From: Octopus bimaculoides
Taxonomy: Eukaryota
NCBI RefSeq assembly: GCF_001194135.2
Contig: NC_068981.1
Coordinates: 41,064,054-41,117,030, forward strand
Length of the DNA: 52,977 nucleotides
Direction of reading: 5' to 3'
In this document: positions 39,596 through 52,385 of the stretch, piece by piece
Layout of the letters: every line of letters begins with the position of its first letter
How positions within the stretch are numbered: position 1 is the first letter of the stretch
Notes under the pieces: model-generated
The model's database searches: none
Seen by the model: the letters and a program-made list of their open reading frames with translations, nothing else
What the model was told of the DNA's origin: nothing
Made by a program: the position numbers and the translations under genes

Positions 39596-40994
39596 TTTTT
39601 TTTCTCTATTTGTCATGTGAATTTTATTTTTATAAAAAACATTGGAAAATCAAAACAGAAAATAGTGCTCTGTATATATTTGTGAAAACTTAGATAAGAG
39701 TGTGTGAGACAATGGTACAGGAAAATCAAGTTTTGTCTTCAGAAGTAAATTTGAATTTGTTGGATTCATTAAGGTTTGGCATAATTACTATGATCTATAA
39801 TTTAGATTTGATATTTTTCCCATAGGATCTTCTGTTAATCTTGAGACTAGCAATTTTTACAGCTGTTATATTTTACATAATTGTGCCTCATTGAGTTCAT
39901 GCATCATTAATAATAAACTTGTGTTTTGGTGGAAATATCCCCAGCAATTTCCTCCTAAAAGTTTCATGTATAGTTTATGTTCTGTTTCAAATCCTACAAG
40001 TGAAGATAATGAACATCTTACATCTACGTTGCATTATTTAATGCTTATGAATTAGACTGAGCCAAGACTAAATGCTTATCATCATTATGCAGAATCATAC
40101 TTCTTATACATGTTAAGTATAGTCATTTTCGACAAAGCTAAAGTAATGTTTCCCTAGATTTCTTTCATTATTTCCTCCCTGTAATTATATCTTCACTGCA
40201 GCCACCTCCAGCACTATTGAGCTAACAGAAATGACCAACTATTTCTAGGAGTATATCTGAACAATTATTTCTCTTTTTTTCAAGACAGCACCTACTTCTA
40301 ACCACTCATGAATATATCATATTTGAGGTTTTTATTCTTTGTCACTATGCCACTTTTTTTTTTTTTGCATACCCAGTATCTGTCCTGAGTATCATAAGCT
40401 CAGGAACAACAGGTGCAAGTCCACCTCTAAAATTTTTGGTGAACAATACAAATGCTTTGAATACTCCTGAAAAACTGGGTTTGCACCTTCTAAGCAAATT
40501 TCGTATCCATTCATATGGTGCCATCATATCAAATAGGCTTTTAAGGCAGAAGTGGAGTGAGATGCAGTACTTTTTTTTTATATTGCTTTCTGGTTTGCAG
40601 TTTGAAAGAATAATTATTTCATTGGTTGGCAAGTAAGCATACGAACTATTAAAGGTAAATTTTGTTATATTATTGAAGAAAACGATTTGAAATAATGAAT
40701 AAAAGATAACTCCATGTATAGTCATCAAAAGAAAAGCTAAAAGTAGCTTTCATACGAAACTTATCTGACAATTCCACTTTTATCTCATACAAAAGTTAAC
40801 GTTCACATACACACATAGATCATTTTTAGAATTAAATTGCTGTTAACTTCTTTATTAAAAATGTACTTTTTAATCATTGGGATAATTACCTGCATTCTAA
40901 TTATCGGGAAATAGTTTGATATTTAAAAATATTTATTTACTTAATTATTACAATAACCAGTTTAATTACAATCTGTACCGTGACAGTTGTATAC

Positions 40995-41096
40995 TTCCCG
41001 CGTACGAAAGTAACGTTTTCTGATTGGCTACTTCTAAATAACACCGCCATATATAAATTGACATTGCATAACGTTGATGTTGTCATATTTCATTGG
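40995..41096 (+). promoter_or_regulatory. Putative KIF14 core promoter: E2F-like TTCCCGCG (40995-41002), inverted CCAAT/NF-Y box CTGATTGGCTA (41020-41030), YY1-like CCGCCAT (41044-41050), TATAAA (41052-41057), second ATTGG (41092-41096)
   Basis: Motifs cluster within 100 bp, 100-200 bp upstream of the ATG, in a locally CpG-richer patch. Assignment rests on motif resemblance only. Confidence 0.55.
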
Positions 41097-41200
41097 TATA
41101 TTCGGTCGGAGTATTAATACTGCCAAATGGGGATTATAACCAGGTGGGAATAAAGAAAATACAACTGAAATACTGTGAAATTCATTCGCGAGAAAATACG

Positions 41201-41400
41201 ATGGATAATGATGTTATATTTACTGAGAAATCTGGTATGCGACGGCATACAGTTGACAAACCTTCGGGAACACCCGATTGTTATTCAGCAATTCATCTCC
41301 CAGAAACTATTGGGAAAACTTCTTTGACACCAGGAAATTTTCGTGATGGGGACCAAAGCAGTTTAACTGTTGCTGTACGAGTAAGACCTTTCAATAATCA
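41201..41400 (+). CDS. KIF14: KIF14 exon 1 (MDNDVIF...SSLTVAVRVRPFNNH); the start codon is the likely, not proven, initiator
   Basis: First in-frame ATG after the promoter-like motifs; TCA/gtaagt donor, phase 2. Confidence 0.85.
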
Positions 41401-44400
41401 GTAAGTATACTAATATATCATGTTAATTACGACAGTTCCTATTTTAAGTGTAAAGAGGTAACTGCAATTTAATAAAAACAACGTATATTGTCTGTATATT
41501 CAACAAATTTATGAATTAATTTCGAAATTTATTAAGTACGGAAGTGGAGTAATAGGCATTATTTCCCCCTGCCCTTATGTCTATGTGAGTCCTCTATACA
41601 TTCCTTTTCTATATTATTTTCTTTTAACCATTAAATCATAGAATATGTGCGTAAATCGACTTGAGATTTTATTGGCATAATTTCTGACTTAAATTAAATT
41701 TCATTCACGGTTTTGAGGTAAAAATCAAATACAAACAATGATATATAAGAGGAAAATAGATAATGACTGGGAAATATGTCTTTATTGCCGGTTTTGAGGT
41801 TTATGAAACAAACTTCGGAACTGGTGATAATTTTATTCTTTCTCTGTATGGAAGTGATATTTTTATTAGCTTATTTTAAAACAGATAACTCAAATCAGGG
41901 TATATTTATGCCAATAGTTACTGAAAAAATATATATTACTAAGCGAGTCCATGTACGTATTTGAAATTTAGTCAACTTCTATTGTATTTCCCCCGAGAAA
42001 CGCAAGGATGAATGACAAACAAAAGAACCTCTAAGTGAAAAGAAATTGTGAGGAAAAACACTTCAATAATTAATGTATATTTCGTAATAATATCCACAAA
42101 TTGTTGTGTTAGAGTATTTTTTTCAAACTTAAGTTCTTTCATTTTGATCGAAAAACCCAGTCAGACTGAATCGGTTATATAAAAACTGTTTTGAAAAACT
42201 TAGAAACAAATTGACACAGTTTCGTTTGATTGACTGGTTCGGTGCTTTGAGTAGTTTCTATTACCCGCAATTTATTTTTATTCAGACAATTAACTTCATC
42301 TTTGAAGATAAAGAACTTTTCAATATTTACATTGGCATTCTGCAAATCNNNNNNNNNNNNNNNNNNNNNNNNNNNNNNNNNNNNNNNNNNNNNNNNNNNN
42401 NNNNNNNNCAGGATTCATTGGAAATTTTTTTTTTCGTTGAATGAATTCCTGTGACATCCAAATATGCTACAGAATCCTTTTTGGGGTCCGAAAAATGGAG
42501 TGGGGTGAGGTCCTCGGAAATTTCACCCACCCCTATCCCGTTGATCTTTTCAGGGTTAGGGTTTTAGGGAAATCTGTCCCGGATTCATTAGAAAAAAAAT
42601 TTTTTTTCCTTAGTGAATATTGAAATTCCTCTAATCCAAGAAATAGGAGATCAATTGTTCCTTTCCACAAGATTACTGATTTTGTGCCATCGGGCAACAT
42701 GACATATGGAGCAGGGCCCCAATGAGGCTTTTGAATTTAGCATTGCTGACTCTGTTCGTCATCCCTACGCCTGGTTTCCTCTCTCAAATGCTTTGTTTTT
42801 CCTGTGACTCAGGGAAACCAGACAAGGGAAGGTCTTTGATAAATTTGAGACTACCGTAAATCAGTTCTAACTGGAGTTATTATCTCATCTTTTGCATGGC
42901 ATTACTTACATTATACTTACGATATTTCTCCAACTTTCGAAGCAAAAAAAAATTTGTATGACACAAACTCAGTGAAGGGGAAAATTATGTAATTCTTACT
43001 TTTCTTGCTTTAAAAAATAAGTCACCAATGTATCCAAATAATCGTCTGCTTGAAAACCACCACCTAAATCCTTTTAGTCTAGATGAGGAAATCTTGATAT
43101 CAGTCAGCTGTAAAGACCAGAAACAAGATTTGGGTCACGCCCCTTTTGTAAAACAAAAACAACACCCGAAATGTAAACTGTCAGTTAACTCCAAAATAAG
43201 TCTTCTTACTGCTTTATTGTCCTGGTCTAGCCTTGATCGGGAGACATATATGATCAAAGACATTCTATGCTGGACCAAACTTTTATTCCTACAGAATATC
43301 TAAAACTACATTATCCAATATATCTCTGTTTTTAAGACAGCAACGTGTATTTTAAAAGAATATTAGCAGGCCCAACAACCATGTAGAGGTTCTTTTTCAC
43401 ACATTTCAACAGTTAAACTTTATTTTGTTGCCACCCCTGCTTCTTGTGCCGATGAATAATTCTTGACTGACTTCTCTGACAAGCACCCGTAGTAGTAGTA
43501 GTAGTAAGGTCGGTTGCTCATCATTGCCTAACAAGCATGATGGTTCATTTGAGACTGTGGAGGTGAAGTAAAAAGGAATTACTAATTATTGTTTCTCAGG
43601 TCAACGCTGAGTGAACAAACATGTTTAAAAGCACCTCAGCTGCAACCAGCCTGTCTTTTATGAGGCATTAAAAATCACATGATCTAATGTGTCCTTCCTT
43701 CATAAAGATGGTGGAATGTGATCTAAGGGAGGTTTGGGTGCCATCTCTAGCAGATATGTGAGAGGGAATTTTCGTTTTCGTTAGCATCTTAGATTATTAC
43801 ATTTCTTGCTACTTCTTCATTAGGACATTCTAACATGTTACAAAGGAGAAATATTCTGATAAATGTAATTTTAACTGGTACTACTTGAAATCGAAATACT
43901 GTTTCCTAATTCTACAAAAGGAAACCAATAATGGATCAATAATTCTAATTAATTCAGAATTTGTTTCAGGACTTCTAAAATGAAAACACAAGTATATCTG
44001 ATTGTCATTATTGTTGAATTGCTTGGCTTAAACTGGGATGGGATGCAATTAGCTTTTGTTAGTTACTTGAATAATGGCAGTATTGTGTCATGTTTAATAG
44101 CAAAGGTTATGTCATGTCTAGTGGAAAATACTAGATAGTGTTTGGTTTTATGTGTGGCCATAGCTATAGTTCCAGAACTCAGCAAACTGATGAGAAACAC
44201 ATGCTGACTTCAAGGAACAAGAATGATTCTATGGTGAGCTATTATTTTTAATAAAGAGAAATGGATTGCAAGTCTTGTTCTGCTGTTTCTTTCCTTAATT
44301 TGTAAACAATAATGTATTCCTATCAACCTCCTTTCATATCTGGAGTTGAACTTTACCCTGGCTGACATCTTATATATAGTTTTACCAGATTTGGGATCAA

Positions 44401-47400
44401 CTCAACAGTAAGAAATATTATGTAAGCTAAGCAACGATGTCATGCAGTTCATGATATACTTTACACCTTTAAAGTCTAAAGTCTAGCTCGGAAATCAGGA
44501 TTGTACACCTGTCAATCTGGTAGTGGTTTTTGAATTGACCAAAATGTTTATATTTTGACAACTTCCATTATTAATGGTAATTTTGTTGCTGAAGAAATAA
44601 CTTACTAGAGATTGTGATGTTTTTGATGACTAGAATCATTTATAGTGATAATGAGATGTTAGCTTCTGGTAAGTGTCACAATATGTTCCTTAAAGCTTAA
44701 TGGATTTTCAACCAGACCTCTGTGTCTTGAGTCCACATGTAATCACTTGATTTTTGACTATTACTCAGACATAAGTGGGAGCATTAAGTTAAAAGATGGC
44801 TTGGAGTGGCTAACCTTATAAAAACTGATAGAGAATATTTGCTTCTGTTTCTATTTTTATTTTTGTTTTAGTGAACAAAGCCAATCTGATATACACTGTA
44901 TTGTATCAGTGGAAGATAAACAAACCACCGTGAAGACAGAAACAGGCCACATACACAACTATTCCTTTGATTATTCTTTCTGGTCATTTAATAAAGAAGA
45001 TAATAATTTTGCTGATCAACATCTAGTTTATGAATCTTTAGCTGCACCCTTACTGAAGAAAGCTCTGCAAGGATATAACATCAGTTTATTTGCTTATGGT
45101 CAGACAGGTAGTGGAAAAAGTTTCAGGTATGTATTCTCCACTGCCATCATTATCATCATCATCACCATCATCATTGATATTCTCTATTTGAAGTAGTATT
45201 TTTGTCATTATGAAATTCTGAATTTATTACCATTCAAAATTGAAATCATCTCTTGTCAGTTGTTTAATGTATTTTAGATATCTTTATTTATTTAATTGCA
45301 TTCATATGGACATCTATAGCTAGTGGTGAGCCTCCAGAAAACTGCAATATGGTTGCAATTACCAGCTGAATCACTGCACTTGTTAATTGTACTTTTCTCT
45401 GCTTAATACAGTTGATACTTCTTATTCATATCTTCACATTTCTTGAAATATGTGTCACAGTGAAACAATGCCTTTTTCTTTTTGGCATTTTTCTTTGCAG
45501 TTTAATTTTTTCTATGATTCATTTATGTTTAATTTATTTATAATTTTGTATTGTGTGTAGACATTTTAATCTGTGCCAAATTTTAAAGTTTTAAACTCAA
45601 ATTTTCTTTTTGTTTAGTATGATGGGTCACACTGAGGAAGAAGGTATAATTCCAAGATTTAGCAGAGAACTTTTCTTAAAAAGCCAAAATACTGAAAATA
45701 TTAAGGTGTGTGTTTTTATTTTAGGGTTACTTCATTTGTCAGAAATAAGGGGCAGTAAACATTGAAGATGTACAGAAAACAGATTCCATCACATGCCAGG
45801 GGGAAGAACTAGAAGTAGTTAACAGCTTCCACTACCTAGGCAACCAAATCTGTAGTGGGGGTGGTTGCTCTGAGATTATAGTGGCTAGAATAAGAATAGC
45901 CTGGGTTAAGTTCAGGGAGCTCCTACCTCTGCTGGCAACTAAGGGCTTCTAGCTCAGGATGAAAGGTAGACTGTATGATGCATGTGTGCGAACTGCCATG
46001 CTACATAGCAGTGAAGCATGGGCCATGGCTGCTGAGGACATGTGTAGGTTTGAAAGAAATGAAGCGAGTATGATCTGCTGGATGTGTAATGTTAGTGTGC
46101 ATACATGACAGTGTAAGTGCCTGGAGAAAAAAGCTGGACATAAGAAGCATCAAATGTGGTGTGCACTGGTATGGTCATGTATTATGTATGGATGAGGACA
46201 GCTGTGTGAAGAAGTGCCACTCCCTAACTGTGGAAGGAACCTGTGGAAGTGGTAGACCAGGAAGACATAGGATGAGGTAGTGAAGCATGACCTCTGAACA
46301 TTGGGCCTCACAGAGGCAATGACAGGAGACCGAGACCTTTGGAGATATGCTGTGATTGAGAAGACCTGGCAACTAAAGTGAGATCGCAGCCATGGCCGAT
46401 GCCAGTGTTGCATGTCCATCCCATTTAAGAGTACCATTGATGCATTGGGTGATATGCTTGAGAAGTCCTGTTGAGTCAAGTAAAACTAAAATTGCAGCTG
46501 TGGCCAGTGCCCCTTGACTGGCTCCCATTCCAGTAGCATGTAAAATGCATCATCTTAACATGGCATATTTTCTGTAATGGTGTGCACATATCTCCAACTG
46601 TTTAATTCTATGTCATTTCATGTTTCAGGATCAACTTACATATTTTGAGCTATTTTGCTTGAAGTCTTACTTGGACTTGCTTTGTTTTAACACCTAACAT
46701 TTTACAGAACTTTCATCCATTTTTACCCTTCAGAAATACTATGCTTCTTACATTTCCATCTAAACAACAACGTTATCTAGTATTAATTTGTTTATTGGCA
46801 GTGTCCAAAGTTTTTAATCTCTTTGTTATTCATATTGGCATCAACTGAAACTGTGTATATAGTGTAATTGAATTACACATTATACTTCCCACTTAATATT
46901 GAGTTGACACATACCTTATATACTATTCATGTTTATTTCATTAATGCTCCTGGGTTTTAGAGATTCATACTGCAGCAACTTTGGCCATGGTTATGCTTAT
47001 CTCTAGATCTCATTTAAAGCTTAACATTTCTAAAAGTTTTGATGTTCTAAAGTGTGAATCAATATTTTTCTGAATAGAACTTCTATTTTAAGACTAGGGA
47101 CAAAAATGAAGAAAAGATTAAAGACTGTATTACTGAATACTAATTTGAATCTTGAATTGTATACTTAGTCATTAAAGATGGTATAAGTAGCTCTCATGAG
47201 TCCATACTCTGATTTTATTGAGTTATTTTTCTGAATCTACAAGCATGAGAAAAAATTTTCTCATGACTCTGTGGTTAAGAAGCTCACTTTGCAACCATGA
47301 TTTTTGGTTCAGCCCCACTGTGTGGCTCCTTGGGCAAGTACTATAGCCCTGGGCCAATGAATGCCTCGTCAGTGAATTTGGTGGACAGAAACTGTGGAAG

Positions 47401-50400
47401 TCCATCATGTATATGTTTGTGTGTCTGCATGTCTTTGTGCTTGTATTGTGTCCTTACTCCCACCTCTTGACAACTGGTGATAGTTTATTTACAATCCGCA
47501 TAACTTAGCAGTTTCACAAGAGGCCAAGAGTATAAGCACCAAACTTAAGAAAATAAGATCTAGGATTGTTCTATTCAGCTAAAACCCTTCAAGGTGGTGC
47601 CCCAGCAGACCAGTGCCTGCAGCAAGTAAAAGACAAAAGACAATAAGCTGTGTATATTACATGAAGTATTACACCTTTATTTCTATCCATTATAGAATAT
47701 TCTAGAACATTCTACCTGTTTGAGCTGTATCTTGCACAAGCATTCAAATTTATCTCCTAACTAAATTTATTGTTTGTTCGTTAGTTTTAGATTTTAGTAA
47801 TTTCTCTTCTTTTGCACATTATGACTGTTGTAACACTTTCATACTGGCATTTGAGTACTCCATTCTAATAGTTTCAGAATATGAATTATTTATATTTCAT
47901 GGCTCATTTCTGTAATTTGTTTTCTTGTCTTTTTAGTTGAGAGCAGACTTTCTTAGCTCCATATCATGTCACATCTTGTTGCAGCATTTTCTTACCTTTT
48001 ACATTATCAATCATCAAATTAAACTAGCCATATTTTTCCCCAATGGTACATTGATGTACTGTACTGTTGTCGTTCAGTTCAAAATTCTACGTTTCTTATT
48101 CTTTGAAAGTAAAACAGTAAAAAACTTACCTTTTATTTTAATTCCAGGTGAAAACTAATCTGGAGATCAGTTTCTTTGAAATCTATAATGAAAAGATACA
48201 CGACCTTTTATCATCAAAGAAAGACAAAGCAGACAAAAAAATCTCTGTAAGTTTAGAAAACATAACATTTTACTTTGATTTTCTTTGAATTCTTTAACAT
48301 GATTATGTTGTGTTTAATTAAATTATATGAGGACTTAAGGTTTGGAGAGCCCAGCATAAAAGTTGTGGAGAGAGTCATAGCCCAGCTAATTAGGGAGAGA
48401 ATTAGTCTAGATGAAATGCAGTTTGGTTTTGTGCCAGGTAGAAGCACCACTGATGTTATATTTCTGGTAAGGCAACTGCAGGAGAAATACCTAGCCAAAG
48501 ATAAACATCTGTACTTGGCTTCTGTTGACTTGGAGAAAGCTTTTGACAGAGTCCCCCAATCCCTTATCTGGTGGTCAGTGTGGAAACTAGGGATAGACAA
48601 GTGGTTGGTGAGAGGTGTACAAGCCTTGTACAGGAATACTACCAGTAAGGTGAGGGTGAGCAACAAGTACAACGAAGAATTCAGGGTACAAGTAAGGATT
48701 CACCAAGGATTGGTGCTCAGCCCCCTCTTGTTCATCATAGTCCTCCAGGCAATAACAAAGGAATCCAAGACATGCTCTCCTTGGAAGCTCCTCTATGCTG
48801 ATGACCTTGCTCTAATAGCTGAATCACTGTCTTAACTAGAGAAGTTCTAGGTATGGAAGCAAGGTCTGGAATCAAAGGGCCTTAACGTTAATTTAGCAAA
48901 AACCAAAGTCATAGTAAGTAGGAAAGGCAGACGAATCACAAATCCCTTCAGGTAGATAGCCCTGCTCAATCTGTAGAAAAGGTGTAGGTAGAAACTCCAT
49001 AAGATGCACCCAGTGTAAGCTTTGGACACATTAAAGGTGCAGCAACATTAGAGGAAGGTTAACAAGGAAACCAACTTTTGGATGTGGAAGGTGCACAGGT
49101 ACAATAAATGCTGAAATTGCACAGAAAATAGACTCCATGAACTGCCAGGGGGCAAGCTAGAGGTAGTAGATAGCTTCCATTACCTTGGTGACCAAGTTAG
49201 TAGTGGAGGTGGATGCTGCAAGACGTAGCTGTGAGAATAAGATTAAGCTGGGCAAAGTTCAGAGAGCTCTTACCCCTGCTGGCAACAAAGAGCCTCACTC
49301 TCAAAGTGAAAGGCAGATTGTTTGATGCTTGTGTGCAAACACCTATGCTGCATGGCAGTAAAACATGGGATATGACAGCCGAGGACATGCGTAGGCTTGA
49401 AATAAATGAAGCCAGTATAAATTGCTGGATGTGCAATGACAGTGTAAGCATCTCGAGAGAAAAGTTAGACATAAGAGGAATCAGATATGGTGTGCAGGAG
49501 AGATGACTGCACTGGTACAGTCATGTGTACGGATGAGGACAGCTGTGTAAAGAAGTGCGGATCTCTAACTGTGGAGGGGACCTGTGGTCAAGGTAGACAT
49601 GGGTTGAGGTGGTGAAACATGATCTTCAATAGAACTAGATATTTTTCTTGATTGAAGTAATAGTTAACAGCAACTCAGGAGTTGCTGTTAACCATTACTG
49701 TCTCTCATTCTCTCTTACTATTATAAACCACAAGAAACCAAATTATATGTAGGTTTTAGATTGATGTGAAGTCACCATCTGCTAACATGCAAATAACGGA
49801 TATAATTCTTCTCTGAGACACAATCCATCTCTTCTGTCTAAGCCATACTCTTTAACTTTTCCATGAAAGACGGTGTTTGCATATATGTAGAATTCATTCT
49901 CCTTATTATTCATTTCTCTCTGTATCACCTGAATATCAACAATAACTTCCTGTTACTTCGGTTCAAAATCTTTTTCCCCGATTCATTTATGTTCATTTGT
50001 TCTTTATACTCCTCCCTAAACTTCATCCCTGACCGACTCCATACAAAATTCAACTAACACCTACAAGAAAGTCCTATCATCTATGGAACCATACGGCTAC
50101 TTGCATGCATGTGTGCAAGCATGCACACATACACACACAGTCCCTTTGATTAACTGTTAATGATTCATTACTACTTCACTAATATGTTTCTTCTCCCTTT
50201 CTCTTCTATTGTTACATCTATCTCTATCCCTCTGAACTATCTATTTGTCATTTCAATTGACCCACCTTTCACTTTTTGCTGTATTTCACCTTACAGACCC
50301 TGCACTAACATTCAACTTAATCCTTCCTCCTCAGAACTGCAATCCTCTTGAATTCCCTACCTGTCCATTTCTTTATCATTAAATATTGACCTACAGATAT

Positions 50401-52385
50401 ACATGCTAAACATCAACCACATCCAGTTCATTAGTCTCAGAAGTCTTGCTATGGTCATAGACAATGCTGCTCTTATTTTGATTAGCTTTAAAAAAAAGAC
50501 ATGTTAATAATGTTACAATTTTTTGATTTCAGTTAAAAGTTCGTGAACACCCTGTTTTGGGCCCTTATATTGAAGGACTTTCTACATTTGTAGTTAATTC
50601 CTTTGAAGATATTCAGGTAAGCCAGTACTTTATTTTTCTACATTTTTGTTCAAGAATTAGGCTCTGTGGATGATCACCTATGCAGCAGTTGGTCGATCAA
50701 GTTGGGTGGGAAAGCATGTTCTGGTCCCACATCTGAAACAGCACTGCAACATGTTCAGATATCTTAGATAACATCCAAACAAAGGCCACCTGACTAATTG
50801 ACAGAAAGTTATTCATTGATATGCTCCAACTTCTGGATTACAGACATGCCATCTCCCTCTGCCTTTTTTATTGCTGCAACAGTGGCTTCTACTCCTTTGA
50901 GATAGCAAGTCATATACCTCCACTAAGGCATTTTCAACTCCCTTGTCTCCCCCCCCCCCCTTCGTAACCTGCTTCCAGTCTCCATGCTAACCACTACACT
51001 TAGCTATTTCTCTATAGAATGTCACATCCCTGGTATTCCCACCTTTCCATTTTTCTCCACATTGATCTTGCCAGTCATAGAGGGCCTGCAATGGCCATGG
51101 GCACAGCTCCCTTCTCCAGACCAAGTAAAAATAAAAATACACCTGTATTTCCTTGGGAAGAAGAAGAAAGCATTGATATGAACTGAGGCTACAGAGCATT
51201 GAGGAGGCAAGACAGATTAAGCATATTAGCTAATGGAATAATAACATTTTTTTCCCTTGGTAAAGTATGTTGTTTTAATTGTCCCACAACACAGAAAGTA
51301 GAATATTTCAATATATTATAAATAAACACTGCTTTGCAAATATTGAATTGATTCAGCCTTCAAACTAGCAAAAGGATTGATAATCCACTCACATCATTTT
51401 TCATTCATGATATACAAGCCTAGATTTGTACAACTTTTGTTTGCATTAGTGGTATATTGGTTTCTTTACATTCAGTGGAATTTTACATTATTCTGTAAAT
51501 GGTACCCCAAACAAAAAGGCTTATAGTTTATTGCAGTGCATTAAATTTCTTTCATAATGGTGATATTAAGATTCATATGTGGGGATGATATGAGTTCATA
51601 TACACGTATGATATATGTATTATTTTAGTCCAGTTAACTGAATTACATAATCTTGTTGGAAGTGGGTTTGAAGGGCCACATATCTTACGAAGAAAATTGA
51701 AATTGTTGTAATCTGAAAAGGAGAAGAAAGAAGAGATACAATTACAAAATGAATGGATAATGTGTCACAGAGCATAATATAAATGGAATGTTTTTCAGTA
51801 ATAAACTTGAATTATATCTTAAAGTATTAAAAACATAAAATATAGGCATTGTCTTCTGAGCCAACAAAATTTGTGATTGACATATTTCATAATTAATTCC
51901 TTACTAGTGTGATATTTTCAAGTTGTGAACATTCCTTATGAGGACACAAAAGTTAAAATTCCTTTTATATAATATGTTAGCTGAAAGGATTAGAGAAATT
52001 TTGAAAATTAAAAAAGTTTGTATTACTACTTTATAGTAAATTGGTAGAGAATCATGAAATGAAGGATTTGGTTCTAATTTTGTTGTATTGGAGAGCTATG
52101 ATTGAGATAATGAATCTAACAAAGTGAGAAGGAATGTGCTGTTTCAGAAAATCCTGGTATGAAAGAAAAATTTTGGTGATGAATGGTGATGTAATTAATG
52201 TAACAGTCATTTAAATATCTGGTCATTATATATCAGCTATTAAATATCAACTCTACCTGGTTTTCCATATATTTTAGACTTGGATTGTCCTTGGCAGCAA
52301 AAATCGTGCTACAGCTTCCACTGGAATGAATGATAAAAGTAGTCGATCACATTCTATTTTTACAATGGTACTTACCCAAACAAAG
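41201..52385 (+). CDS. KIF14: Kinesin-3 motor KIF14, first 6 coding exons (278 codons, N-terminal part of the motor domain); gene continues beyond the window
   Basis: Spliced peptide has LTVAVRVRPF, FDYSFWSF, P-loop FAYGQTGSGKS, FFEIYNEKIHDLL, LKVREHPVLGPYIEGLS and switch I RATASTGMNDKSSRSH. EKIHDLL and ATxxTGMNDK are KIF14-type rather than KIF1/13/16-type (from memory of the family). Confidence 0.9.
42349..42408. other. Assembly gap (N run)
   Basis: N characters in the sequence. Confidence 1.
44872..45126 (+). CDS. KIF14: KIF14 exon 2 (EQSQSDIHCIV...AYGQTGSGKSFS)
   Basis: ttttag acceptor, CAG/gtatgt donor, phase 2 to 2, contains the P-loop. Confidence 0.93.
45618..45705 (+). CDS. KIF14: KIF14 exon 3 (MMGHTEEEGIIPRFSRELF...ENIK)
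   Basis: gtttag acceptor, AAG/gtgtgt donor, phase 2 to 0. Confidence 0.92.
45755..46535 (+). mobile_element. RTE ORF2 C-terminal fragment plus partial 3' UTR
   Basis: GEELEVVNSFHYLG, RIAWVKFRELLPLL and LRMKGRLYDACVRTAMLH remnants. Confidence 0.85.
47262..47640 (+). mobile_element. tRNA-derived SINE, near full length, AAAAGA-type tail
   Basis: tgtggttaagaagc head, ggttcagcccc B-box-like, central block, tail cccttcaaggtggtgccccagca...agtaaaagacaaaaga. Confidence 0.65.
48148..48246 (+). CDS. KIF14: KIF14 exon 4 (VKTNLEISFFEIYNEKIHDLL...KKIS)
   Basis: ttccag acceptor, TCT/gtaagt donor, 33 codons. Confidence 0.93.
48340..49630 (+). mobile_element. Longest RTE-type LINE fragment: RT domain (YADD), PHD-like zinc finger and C-terminus; pseudogenised
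   Basis: LDEMQFGFVPGRSTTD, VDLEKAFDRVP, HQGLVLSPLLF, LLYADDL; in-frame stops; starts about 95 bp after the KIF14 exon 4 donor. Confidence 0.92.
50533..50616 (+). CDS. KIF14: KIF14 exon 5 (LKVREHPVLGPYIEGLSTFVVNSFEDIQ)
   Basis: tttcag acceptor, CAG/gtaagc donor, 28 codons. Confidence 0.93.
50680..50945 (+). mobile_element. Old L2/CR1/Jockey-group LINE C-terminal remnant
   Basis: LDNIQTKAT*LID...LDYRHAISLCLF...E.A..IPP pattern with frameshifts. Confidence 0.4.
52278..52385 (+). CDS. KIF14: KIF14 exon 6 (TWIVLGSKNRATASTGMNDKSSRSHSIFTMVLTQTK)
   Basis: ttttag acceptor, AAG/gtaatg donor, 36 codons, switch I motif. Confidence 0.93.

Noticed and set aside
39865-39995. Minus-strand 43-codon open segment after a good acceptor, as a continuation of the divergent ORF
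   Set aside because: Its phase does not match the phase-2 donor at 40372
41886-41960. Acceptor-like ttttaaaacag in KIF14 intron 1
   Set aside because: Immediate stop in the required phase
42552-42569. AGGGTTAGGGTTTTAGGG telomere-like repeat
   Set aside because: Only 2-3 imperfect units next to an assembly gap; compatible with chance or low-quality sequence
1399-51210. Most short ORFs in the six-frame track
   Set aside because: They are antisense or off-frame readings of transposon relics, low-complexity CT-rich tracts, or exon read-through into introns; none is supported as an independent gene
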